From assembly GCA_046704725.1 (NCBI GenBank), contig JBJKRI010000003.1, positions 64,001 to 128,000 of the forward strand: a stretch of 64,000 bases of DNA, read 5' to 3'. Of this stretch, positions 38,066 to 46,430 are shown piece after piece. Source of the DNA: Candidatus Woesearchaeota archaeon (lineage in GTDB: Archaea; Nanobdellota; Nanobdellia; Woesearchaeales; SKIA01). The first letter of the stretch is position 1. Every line of letters begins with the position of its first letter. The position numbers and the translations under genes are program-made. The notes below the pieces were generated by a model that saw only the letters and a program-made list of their open reading frames with translations, was not told the DNA's origin and made no database searches.

Positions 38066-38655
38066 TTTTTCCCCTTCTTCGCGATGATCTTCTCCTCTGA
38101 CATGGGCGCTAGCACGCGTTCCATATCCTCGGCGGAGGTGCCTGCGAGCCGTGCGAGCTCTTCGGCATCCTTCGGTCCGGAGGCGAGCAGGATCGTGACC
38201 ATGTTACGCAGGAGGTTCATGATGCTCATCCCGAGATGGGAGATGCGCTGACGCTCCCCGCGGAGCGTCTGTTGCGTGTAGTGCAGCTGGCTGAGCAGGT
38301 CGTTGAACCAGTTCTGCAGGTCGAGATGCTTGATGACGAGCTCCGCGGGCTCGAGCATCTCGATGGACGCCGGCGTGTAGTTGAACGCGAGCGACGTGAG
38401 CGTCTCGGGCGTCTCCACAGTCATTTCCACCTCAGCGAAGGCGCTGAAGAATCCAGGGTCCTCCTCGAGCTCGTTGGCCTTCTCCGAATGGATGTCCACG
38501 ATGCCCAACGCCTTCTCGTCCACGATCTCCTTGAGAAATTTCTTGAGCGTCGTCTCGACGTGCTCCTTGGGCGTTCCGACGATCTCGAACGTGACGAGCA
38601 CGCGGAGGTGCCCTTCGCTGACGCGTTCCTTGGCGTCGTCCTCGCTGATGCGCAT
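38038..38655 (-). CDS. Conserved archaeal hypothetical protein with C-terminal winged helix
   Basis: FEIVGTPKEHVE, FSAFAEVE, YTPASIEMLEP; C-terminal GPKDAEELARLAG..wHTH; overlaps scpB start. Confidence 0.75.
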   Translation of the reverse strand: MRISEDDAKERVSEGHLRVLVTFEIVGTPKEHVETTLKKFLKEIVDEKALGIVDIHSEKANELEEDPGFFSAFAEVEMTVETPETLTSLAFNYTPASIEMLEPAELVIKHLDLQNWFNDLLSQLHYTQQTLRGERQRISHLGMSIMNLLRNMVTILLASGPKDAEELARLAGTSAEDMERVLAPMSEEKIIAKKGKKWTLGSKKK

Positions 38656-38756
38656 GAGCGTTGCACCGGGCTGCGCATTATAAAGATATTGCCCCGTGCG
38701 GGAGCACAACCTTTAAATACGCCATATTCGGTTCAGGACAAAGAGGTGAGCGATAC

Positions 38757-39668
38757 GTGGGCTTTCTGAGCAAATTAGGGATAGGGCACAAGACAGAAGA
38801 GGATGACATTCCGCCTCCGCCACCCCTTCCCGGGACTCCGGACCGCGCGCCCGTCCAGACCAAGGACGTCGGTCCGCAGGCCAAACCTCCCAAGCTCGAC
38901 GAGCCCAGCATGCCTCCTCCCGCGCCACCACCAAAGAGCATGCCTCCCCCGATGCCTGCGGCACCGAAAGAAGCTTCACCCAAGATTCCGCCTGCCAAGA
39001 TACCAGCACAGTCAATGCCGCCCAAGCCCGACATGAAGGCTCCCAGCGCGCCGCCGCAGGCGAGCAAGCCGGCGCGCGCGGATGTGAGAAAGGCCTTCTC
39101 GGACATCCCGCCCATTACCGTGTCGGCCGAGAGGAAAGCGACCATCACGAACGACCAGGCGAAAGAGTTCGACGTGGACAAGTTCGTTCTCCCCGAGCAT
39201 GAGGTCCAACGGGATATGCCTAAGCCGATACCACCCCGTCAATCGAGCACTGCGTCCGTGCAGCAGTCGTCAGCACCCCGCTCCGCTGCTCCTCTTCCGA
39301 TGCATCCGCGCCCGCAACGACCGCTACCCCCGGACGCTTCGCACTCGGTGCTCGACCATGAATCACCATTCCAGTCGCGCCCGCCCGCTCGTCCGTCCAG
39401 TCCAACCACACAGCATGTGGAGCCTCCAGCAGAGCCTCATCAGTCGGGCTTCGCCGGACCCCTCTATGTGAATGTCGATACGTATCAGGGTATTCAGAAG
39501 GCGCTCAAGGACCTCGACAAGCAGATCACCGACGTGAGCGCGGACATGGAGGATATCAAGCGTCTCACGAACGATGAGGACAAGCAGTTCTCGGTCATCG
39601 TCTCCAAGCTCGAGAAGATCCAGGATGATATCCTGACGATCGACCAGGACCTGTTCGAGGAGAAATGA
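38757..39668 (+). CDS. Pro-rich disordered protein with C-terminal coiled-coil domain
   Basis: GAGGTGA SD before GTG 38757; MGFLSKLG amphipathic start, poly-Pro tracts, terminal PLYVNVDTY...IDQDLFEEK domain. Confidence 0.75.
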   Translation: MGFLSKLGIGHKTEEDDIPPPPPLPGTPDRAPVQTKDVGPQAKPPKLDEPSMPPPAPPPKSMPPPMPAAPKEASPKIPPAKIPAQSMPPKPDMKAPSAPPQASKPARADVRKAFSDIPPITVSAERKATITNDQAKEFDVDKFVLPEHEVQRDMPKPIPPRQSSTASVQQSSAPRSAAPLPMHPRPQRPLPPDASHSVLDHESPFQSRPPARPSSPTTQHVEPPAEPHQSGFAGPLYVNVDTYQGIQKALKDLDKQITDVSADMEDIKRLTNDEDKQFSVIVSKLEKIQDDILTIDQDLFEEK

Positions 39669-39877
39669 CAGCCATCTACGTAGAGATCAGGCAGTACCGT
39701 AGCGTGCTCGACAGTCAGGATACGCTCAAGAGCAAGCTCTTGGCCGCCAAGCGCGTGCTGCACGAGCTCCATGACATCCGCAACGAGGAGAACAAGGAGC
39801 TGCATCGTCTCGAGGCCCAGCTCAAGGAGATGCGCGGCCGTCTCGAGGGCGTCCGCACGGAGTTGATGGACGAATGA
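39665..39877 (+). CDS. Small coiled-coil protein paralogous to the C-terminal domain of the upstream gene
   Basis: AIYVEIRQY...IRNEENKEL aligns with PLYVNVDTY...LTNDEDKQF; ATGA overlaps on both sides. Confidence 0.75.
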   Translation: MTAIYVEIRQYRSVLDSQDTLKSKLLAAKRVLHELHDIRNEENKELHRLEAQLKEMRGRLEGVRTELMDE

Positions 39878-40347
39878 CTGACGAACCGACCAGTTACTTC
39901 GTCGGATTGCACAAGCCGGGCAGCATGCGTAAGGACCTGCTCGAAGGAGCGAAGATCTCTGTCAACATCCTCAAATCGCAGTATCGGGTGCGCTCGTTGC
40001 GAGCGCGCAAGGTCGAGTTGCTCAGTACTCTCGCGAGCATGACGCGCGAACTATCGACCTTGGTCGGATCCATACAGATGGACATGCCTGATCAGCAGCC
40101 TGACAAGATGCCCAAGGTTGTACGCGAATTGCAGCAACGGCGGGCCAAGGCAGCGGCGAAGGAGATGGCTGCCAAGCGGGCCGCGGCCAAGAAGGCGTCG
40201 AAGAAACCTTCGAAGAAATCCGCGAAGAAGACCCCGAAGAAGGCTGCGCCGAAGCCCACTCCTAAACCAGCCCCTCGTCCTGTGGATGACATGGCGCATC
40301 TGGAGCAGAAGCTTGCTGACATCGAGAAGAAGCTTAATAAGCTGTGA
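39874..40347 (+). CDS. Hypothetical helical protein with K/A/P linker
   Basis: YFVGLHKP..MRKDLLE..K; terminal LEQKLADIEKKLNKL helix; ATGA-coupled. Confidence 0.75.
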   Translation: MTDEPTSYFVGLHKPGSMRKDLLEGAKISVNILKSQYRVRSLRARKVELLSTLASMTRELSTLVGSIQMDMPDQQPDKMPKVVRELQQRRAKAAAKEMAAKRAAAKKASKKPSKKSAKKTPKKAAPKPTPKPAPRPVDDMAHLEQKLADIEKKLNKL

Positions 40348-40367
40348 GTTTTCCGTGCATTTTCCCT

Positions 40368-40470
40368 GTGGGGGTTCCCGAGTGGTCAAAGGGGCAGGAC
40401 TCAAGCGTCGATTGTGACGGGGATATCCTGTAGCTGAGCGCTTTCGGGGGTTCGAATCCCTCCCCCCACA
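40368..40470 (+). tRNA. tRNA-Leu(CAA) with 19-nt intron at 37/38 (40406-40424)
   Basis: Acceptor GTGGGGG/CCCCCAC+A, D arm CCCGAGTGGTCAAAGGG, anticodon arm CAGGA-CT-CAA-G|intron|A-TCCTG, long variable arm, GGGGG-TTCGAAT-CCCTC; CCA not encoded. Confidence 0.93.
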
Positions 40471-40650
40471 TTTTTATGGATTCACGTGTTTCAGGTGTTC
40501 TCCGCCTTGAATTCGATAGATAAGTTTGCGATTTTCAGTGAAATTCTTGGATTGGTCTGATTTTCCGAATGTCGAGAATTCGTTATTCTCAGGATGCGTG
40601 CTTGAAGAATCGCATTTTTCGGATATATCTTGATTTTCGAATTATTGTGT

Positions 40651-41381
40651 TACAGGCTTTCAGATACGTGAATTCACTATTTCAGCCACTCAAGGGTTCT
40701 GAGCCCTTTGAGGACCTTTAAAATTATTAATTATTGCTTCTCAAAGCCTGAGGAACATGAATTCACTCCTTTCAGCTTTCTCAATTCTGTGTGAATTCAC
40801 TCATTTTTCGGACTGATCGTGCTGCTCCTCACGTGCCTGCAGCGGATCTTGCCTCTTCTGCTCGATATTCAGGTTACTGTTGGCGTTTCTGTTGTATTTT
40901 CTATATAGATATAAATATCATCTACTGAAATTGGATTCTAGAGCTACAGGCTTTGGGGGACGTGAATTGACGTGTTTACTGATTTTTTGAAATTTTCCGA
41001 TTTTCTGTGATTTTCGAATTTAATTATAGCTTCTCAAAGGCTGAGGTGTACGAATTCTCGAGTTCCAATGTCTTTGAAACTGGCTGTTTTGGCTTCAGAT
41101 CCCGTTCGTTTTGTGGAGTTGGATCCTTCATTTGTGCTATTTTTGGCCTCCGTCGCACGCTCTATCTGTCGATTGTATCTTTTTTGATATTTTCTATAAT
41201 GAAAATAATTGATTTTCCGCTTATTTTCGATCGATTTCTGTGTTTTTGATTCGTGCGATATAGGCTTTGGGGGAAATGAATTCTCGAGTTTCGCTATTTT
41301 ATGGTCTTAAGCTGGATATCTTGGTTTTCTGGCCACGATTCTCGCTTCCCAAAGCCCGAGGGGGATGAATTCTCGAGAATC
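40651..41381. repeat. Three ~300-bp-periodic composite units (inverted-repeat pair plus GAATTC boxes) in an AT-rich intergenic region
   Basis: A elements TAYAGGCTTT.. at 40651, 40945, 41259; B elements GCTTCYCAAAGSCYGAGG at 40736, 41029, 41344; each followed by a (T/C)GAATT(C/G)WC box. Confidence 0.85.
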
Positions 41382-41535
41382 AATGATTGAAAACTGGCTT
41401 TGTATTACCAAGTATGGAAATATCACACAAAAACCGGAAGATTTCCGGAATGCTTTATAATAGATGGTTCCGGCGATGCTGCGATCCGACCCGAAAAATA
41501 TAGAGTTAAATATTACTTAGTACGACCAGATTGGT

Positions 41536-41799
41536 ATGAGAACTGTTTCTCTCAAGATGGCGGACAGTATCCTAGATAGGATCGATGCCCACCTTGAGCG
41601 ACACAACTTCACGACACGCACGGAATTCATACGGGAAGCCATCCGGGACAAGCTCCAAGAGCTCGAAAGTGATAGGTTCGAATCAGAAATCCGTAAATAC
41701 TTCCGGCACCATTCTACCGAATTAGGCAAAGAAATCAACGATATCGAAAGCGACGTGTTCCGAGAGCTGGAGAACCGCTTCGGAAGACAGCGACGATAG
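41536..41799 (+). CDS. Ribbon-helix-helix (CopG/NikR-like) DNA-binding protein
   Basis: MRTVSLKMADSILDRIDAHLERHNFTTRTEFIREAIRDKL. Confidence 0.85.
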   Translation: MRTVSLKMADSILDRIDAHLERHNFTTRTEFIREAIRDKLQELESDRFESEIRKYFRHHSTELGKEINDIESDVFRELENRFGRQRR

Positions 41800-41808
41800 G
41801 AGAATACC

Positions 41809-43137
41809 ATGACTCTTGAATTGACCGCCATAGGCGGATATAACGAAGTAGGAAGGCAGTCCACAGCCGTCAAAGTGGACAATGACGTCATCATCATCGA
41901 TCTGGGATTGCACCTGGACCAGTACATCAAGTACACAGAGGACGAGGAGGAAGACATCAACACGACCAGTTCGCGCGGCCTGCGAAAAGCGGGAGCGATC
42001 CCTGATTGGACGAGCATCCGCGACTGGAAAAAGGACGTGCGGGCGATCATCCTGACGCACGCGCACCTCGACCACGTCGGCGCCGTGCCGTATCTCGCGC
42101 GCATCTTCGGGTGCCCTATCTACGGTTCGCCGTTCACCATCGCGTTGCTTAAGCAGCTCATCGCGGACAAGGATATCGACGTCCCGAACACATTGATCCC
42201 TGTGGACAAGAAGGTGAAGATCACTGACAAGGTGACCGCCGAGTTCATCCACATGACGCACAGCACTGCGGACAGCCGTTTCGTCGCGCTCCATACGCCG
42301 TACGGCGTCGTCTCGATCGACAACGACTACAAGCTCGACCCGCATCCCACGCTCGGCCACCCGCCCGACTACGCGCGCCTCGGAAAGCTCAAGGGCAATA
42401 TCATCGCCCATGTCGGCGAGTGCCTGTATGTGCAGAACGCGACCAAGACCCCTTCGGAGGTCGTCGCCCGCCAGATGCTCGAGGACGTCTTGCTCACGCA
42501 GGACTTCAAGAACCGCACGGTCTTCGTTAGCACTTTCTCCAGCCACATCGCGCGTCTGCACACCCTCATGGAGATCGGCAAGGCCATGGGGCGCGAGGTG
42601 GTCTTCCTGGGACGCAGCATGAGCAAGTACCTCGCGGCGGCAGAAGAGGCGAAGATCCTCAAGACGCCCAAGCACGTCACGTTGCTCAAGTACGGCAGCC
42701 AGATACGGCGCTTCTTCAAGCAGCACCGCGACCTGTCATCGTACCTCGTCGTCTGCACCGGGCACATGGGCGAGAAGAAAGCGGCCCTCACCAAGCTCGT
42801 CGAGGGCAAGTATCCCTTCCGGTTCAAGCCCGACGATGTCGTGGTCTTCAGCAGCCGCACCATACCCGTGCCGGGAATCATCGCTGACCGTGCCGACCTC
42901 CAGCGCAAGCTGCGCGGAGCGCAGGTGCGCATCTTCGACGAGGTCCACGTCTCGGGCCACGCCTCGCGCGAGGATATCCGTCGCCTCATCCAGCTCATCC
43001 GGCCCGAGCACCTCGTGCCGAACCATGGTGTCCCTGCCATGACGGAGAGCTACATCGCGCTCGCGCGCGAGCTCGGCTACGACCCCGACAAGATCCACAA
43101 CCTGCGTGAGGGCGACCGCATCGTGCTCGCCAAGTAG
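41809..43137 (+). CDS. rnj: Ribonuclease J (beta-CASP)
   Basis: GGYNEVGR, THAHLDHVG, THSTAD, DYKLD, HVSGHA, PNHG. Confidence 0.93.
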   Translation: MTLELTAIGGYNEVGRQSTAVKVDNDVIIIDLGLHLDQYIKYTEDEEEDINTTSSRGLRKAGAIPDWTSIRDWKKDVRAIILTHAHLDHVGAVPYLARIFGCPIYGSPFTIALLKQLIADKDIDVPNTLIPVDKKVKITDKVTAEFIHMTHSTADSRFVALHTPYGVVSIDNDYKLDPHPTLGHPPDYARLGKLKGNIIAHVGECLYVQNATKTPSEVVARQMLEDVLLTQDFKNRTVFVSTFSSHIARLHTLMEIGKAMGREVVFLGRSMSKYLAAAEEAKILKTPKHVTLLKYGSQIRRFFKQHRDLSSYLVVCTGHMGEKKAALTKLVEGKYPFRFKPDDVVVFSSRTIPVPGIIADRADLQRKLRGAQVRIFDEVHVSGHASREDIRRLIQLIRPEHLVPNHGVPAMTESYIALARELGYDPDKIHNLREGDRIVLAK

Positions 43138-43196
43138 GCGTCGCCCTACTGGCGTAGTGAGGAGTCTTTTTTAAGCAGCGCCCGGCCTTCCGCTGC

Positions 43197-44156
43197 ATGA
43201 CTGATTCCGAAGGGGTCTACTTCCTGCTCAAGCAGTACGATTCGCAATTGCAGGACGCCCTGCGCGCCCCCGTCCCGTCGGTCGAGTACCGCAATGTCCA
43301 GCGTGTGGTGGTGTGCGGCATGGGCGGCTCTGGTGTCGTCGGCGATTTCGTCAAGGCCCTTGTCGGCCGGGTCGTCGTCGAGGTCGTCAAGGGCTACTCC
43401 TTGCCGGATTGGGTGGGCCATCACGACCTGGTCGTCTGCGTCTCCTACAGCGGCAACACCGAGGAGACCTTGACGTGCTTCGCCGCGGCCCGCAAGCGCG
43501 GCGCATTGACTGTCGTGGTCACCAGCGGCGGCAAGCTCTTCTCACAGGCACGCGACGGTGCTGTGCCTGTCTGTCGCGTCCCTTCCGGCCTTCCGCCGCG
43601 TTTCGCTACCGTGCATATGCTCGTGCCGCTTCTCGGCGTCCTGCAGGAGCTCGCGATCAGCGAGGCCGTCCAGGACATCCCCGGCAATGTCCTCGTGGAC
43701 GAGAAGTTCTGCCGTTCTGTGGCCACGCGCCTGGTCGGCCACACCCCTCTTGTCTATGCGAGCACGCAGAACATGGTGCTCTCCGAGAAGCTCAAGACCG
43801 ATATCAACGAGAACGCCAAGGTCCCTGCCTTCTACAACGTCTTTCCCGAGGCCAACCATAACGAGCTCAACAGCTACGAGCACATCACGCCGAACTACGC
43901 CGTGGTCTTCCTGCGCGACCCGCACGACAACGAGCGCGTCGTGCGGCGCATGGACGGCGCCAAGGGCATCCTGGAGGAACGACACGTCCGTGTCATCAAT
44001 ATCCCCTTGTCGGAGCGCTCCGTGGCCTACAAGCTCTTGCAGGGTAACCTCCAGGGCCTGCTCATCAGTTACTTCCTCGCCATGGCTTACGGTATCGATC
44101 CTGGCCCCGTCAACCTCATCGAACGCTTCAAGAAGACCATCGCCCAAGAGCGTTAG
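43197..44156 (+). CDS. Bifunctional phosphoglucose/phosphomannose isomerase (SIS)
   Basis: CGMGGSG, SYSGNTEET, TSGGKL, ENAK, PEANHNE. Confidence 0.92.
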   Translation: MTDSEGVYFLLKQYDSQLQDALRAPVPSVEYRNVQRVVVCGMGGSGVVGDFVKALVGRVVVEVVKGYSLPDWVGHHDLVVCVSYSGNTEETLTCFAAARKRGALTVVVTSGGKLFSQARDGAVPVCRVPSGLPPRFATVHMLVPLLGVLQELAISEAVQDIPGNVLVDEKFCRSVATRLVGHTPLVYASTQNMVLSEKLKTDINENAKVPAFYNVFPEANHNELNSYEHITPNYAVVFLRDPHDNERVVRRMDGAKGILEERHVRVINIPLSERSVAYKLLQGNLQGLLISYFLAMAYGIDPGPVNLIERFKKTIAQER

Positions 44157-44261
44157 GCACTATGATTCTGCGCTTCTGAGAGTCCCAGAGGGGCCGTTCC
44201 AAGGGTTCCAGCGACATAACGCTTATATAGACCCTGCGCCTGGCCCTATCCAGGAGAGACA

Positions 44262-45026
44262 ATGAAACTCACGCTCGCTGACGCACGATTGCTCAAGGAC
44301 GCTGTGGCCATCATCTCAGAACTCGTGACCGAGGCCCGCTTCGGCCTGTCCAAGGAGGGTATGGAGCTCATCGCCCTGGATCCCGCGACCGTCGCGATGG
44401 TGAATTTCAAGCTGCTCGCGAGCGCCTTCTCCGAATTCAAGCTCGACGGCACCGAGGAGATCAGCCTCAACCTCATGAACCTCAAGCAGGTCCTGCGCCG
44501 CGCAGGACCCAGCGACAGTCTCGTCCTCGAGACCCAGGAGAACAAGCTCAAGATCGTCATCAAGGGCGCGTCAACGCGCACCTTCCACCTGCCCCTCATC
44601 GAAATGGACGAGGGACGCCGGCAGATCCCGAAGGTGGAGTACACCGCGACGGTCACCACGACGAGCCAGCAATTGTCGGACGCCATCGACGACGCGGACA
44701 TCGTGGCCGAGAGCGTCGCCTTCATCGCCAAGGACAAGCTCTTCACGGTGAATGCCGAGGGCGACCTGTCCAAGGTGAACATCGAGATTCCGCAGGACAC
44801 GGACACGAAGATCGTGGTCGAGGAGAAGGTCGGGAAAGACAAGGTCGAGCAGCCCATCAAGGCGCGCTACTCCATCGAGTACCTCAAGAAGATGGTGCAG
44901 GGCTCCAAGCTCGCCGACAAGGTCATGATCCAGTTCCGCACCGACCACCCGCTCCGCCTCGAGTACAAGGTCCTCAACAAGGTCCTGCTCGTCTTCATCC
45001 TCGCGCCCCGCGTCGAGAACGATTAG
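44262..45026 (+). CDS. pcn: DNA polymerase sliding clamp PCNA
   Basis: ISELVTEARF, ALDPATVAMV, ARYSIEYL, FILAPRVE. Confidence 0.96.
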   Translation: MKLTLADARLLKDAVAIISELVTEARFGLSKEGMELIALDPATVAMVNFKLLASAFSEFKLDGTEEISLNLMNLKQVLRRAGPSDSLVLETQENKLKIVIKGASTRTFHLPLIEMDEGRRQIPKVEYTATVTTTSQQLSDAIDDADIVAESVAFIAKDKLFTVNAEGDLSKVNIEIPQDTDTKIVVEEKVGKDKVEQPIKARYSIEYLKKMVQGSKLADKVMIQFRTDHPLRLEYKVLNKVLLVFILAPRVEND

Positions 45027-45760
45027 GACTGTTTCTGCAAGTCCTCGTGCTGCCCTTCTGTGGGCTGCCAGTGCAAGGGGCGGTTGAAGCTGTGCTCCTT
45101 GTCCCGTTTGAGGTCGCTGCCCGTCCACTCGTAGACGATGGGCTCGCCGAACGGCAACTCGAGATGCGGGATGTCCTGGTCGCTGATGTTGTCGAGGTGC
45201 TTGATGATGGCGCGCAGGCTGTTGCCGTGCGCGGACACGATGACGTTCTTGCCTTCCTTGACCGCTCGCATGACCTGTCCGGTGAAGTAGGGCAGCACGC
45301 GTGCCGTGGTGTCCTTCAAAGACTCCCCATTGGGTGGCGGGACATCCCAGGAGCGGCGCCAGATATGCACTTGTTCGTCACCGAACTCCTCTCGCATCTT
45401 CTGCTTATCCTTTCCCTGCAGGTCGCCGTAGAAACGTTCGTTCAAAGCGTCGTCAGAGAAGATCGGGATCTCGTTGTCCTCGAACTGGTCAGGATGATTG
45501 GACCAGCCCTTGCGCTTGTCGCTCTCGTGCAAGAAGATGCCGGTCTTCATCTGCTTGGCGAGGATCGCGAGCAGAGTCTGGTGCGCGCGCACGAGCTTGC
45601 TCGTGAACGCGACGTCCAGGTCGAGCCCTTGCAATTCTTCGGCGGCGATCATCGCTTCGTAGATTCCCTTCTCCGTGAGGGGGACGTCCACCCAGCCGGT
45701 GAACTTGTTGGCGATGTTCCAGCGCGATTCTCCGTGACGGACGAGGATGAGAAAGCTCAT
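45023..45760 (-). CDS. gpmA: 2,3-bisphosphoglycerate-dependent phosphoglycerate mutase
   Basis: LVRHGESRWN..FTGWVDVPLT, LNERFYGDLQG, WRRS..PPPNGESL, AHGNSLRA. Confidence 0.95.
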   Translation of the reverse strand: MSFLILVRHGESRWNIANKFTGWVDVPLTEKGIYEAMIAAEELQGLDLDVAFTSKLVRAHQTLLAILAKQMKTGIFLHESDKRKGWSNHPDQFEDNEIPIFSDDALNERFYGDLQGKDKQKMREEFGDEQVHIWRRSWDVPPPNGESLKDTTARVLPYFTGQVMRAVKEGKNVIVSAHGNSLRAIIKHLDNISDQDIPHLELPFGEPIVYEWTGSDLKRDKEHSFNRPLHWQPTEGQHEDLQKQS

Positions 45761-45809
45761 AGGTTCTTTCCCGAGTGCTTCGCTCTTAAATGTTATGCGG
45801 GATGGAATC

Positions 45810-46355
45810 TTACCGGAGCCGCGGGATGCTGGTGTTCGCTACGCGCGCGAGCGCTTCGTGCGTGACGTCCGGACGATGCCGCACATTCGGCTCGTAGATG
45901 TCGTATGAGGGGTTGGTGAGTCCTGTCTGGCGCCACATCCTCTCTAGCTCGTCGCGGAAACCTTGCGAGAGGACGTAATCCAGTTGTGTTTCGGGGTGCT
46001 CCCACCAGAGCTTCAGGAATTCCTCTCCGGGCCGCGCTTCGTGCATCGCGTCGGGCTCGACGAGCAGCCGATAGACGGTGATGCGGACATCCTCGAAGAG
46101 TCGTTCGCGGACCAGCAGCGGGGCTGTCGAGAGAGGACGCACCGCTTCTTTCGGGATGCTGGTCTCTTCGGAGAAATGCCGCCGGGCGAGTTCCGCGCTC
46201 CCTTGCATGGGAGCGATCTTTCCTGGGATGACCCATTCGTATGGATAGCGCGACGGCCGTCCGGCAACCTCGTTCCACGGCTTCCGCTGCCCGAGCAGCG
46301 TCTGCAAGCCCGTCGGTGTGTATGCTTGCCCGATGGCTGCCGTCAATTCCCGCAT
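45810..46355 (-). CDS. Hypothetical protein with degenerate Nudix-like box
   Basis: TLLGQR...EWVIPGKIAPMQGSAELARRHFSEETSI resembles GxxxxxExxxxxxxRExxEExG with substitutions. Confidence 0.55.
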   Translation of the reverse strand: MRELTAAIGQAYTPTGLQTLLGQRKPWNEVAGRPSRYPYEWVIPGKIAPMQGSAELARRHFSEETSIPKEAVRPLSTAPLLVRERLFEDVRITVYRLLVEPDAMHEARPGEEFLKLWWEHPETQLDYVLSQGFRDELERMWRQTGLTNPSYDIYEPNVRHRPDVTHEALARVANTSIPRLR

Positions 46356-46430
46356 CTCGCTTCGGATGCTGCCCGTGCTTATCAGTCCTATGGAGGATTC
46401 CTTTTTATACGGCGGCCTGTTCCGGCCATC

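Noticed and set aside
41007-41249. 80-aa Phe-rich ORF in the AT-rich region
   Set aside because: Reflects T-rich non-coding sequence, crosses the repeat elements, no SD and atypical codons
40471-41460. Possible CRISPR array
   Set aside because: Repeats are degenerate, alternate in orientation and are spaced about 85/210-230 bp rather than by 30-45 bp spacers; no cas genes
40368-41800. Integrated element at tRNA-Leu
   Set aside because: No integrase and no duplicated tRNA 3' end (attR) seen in the window; core genes resume at rnj
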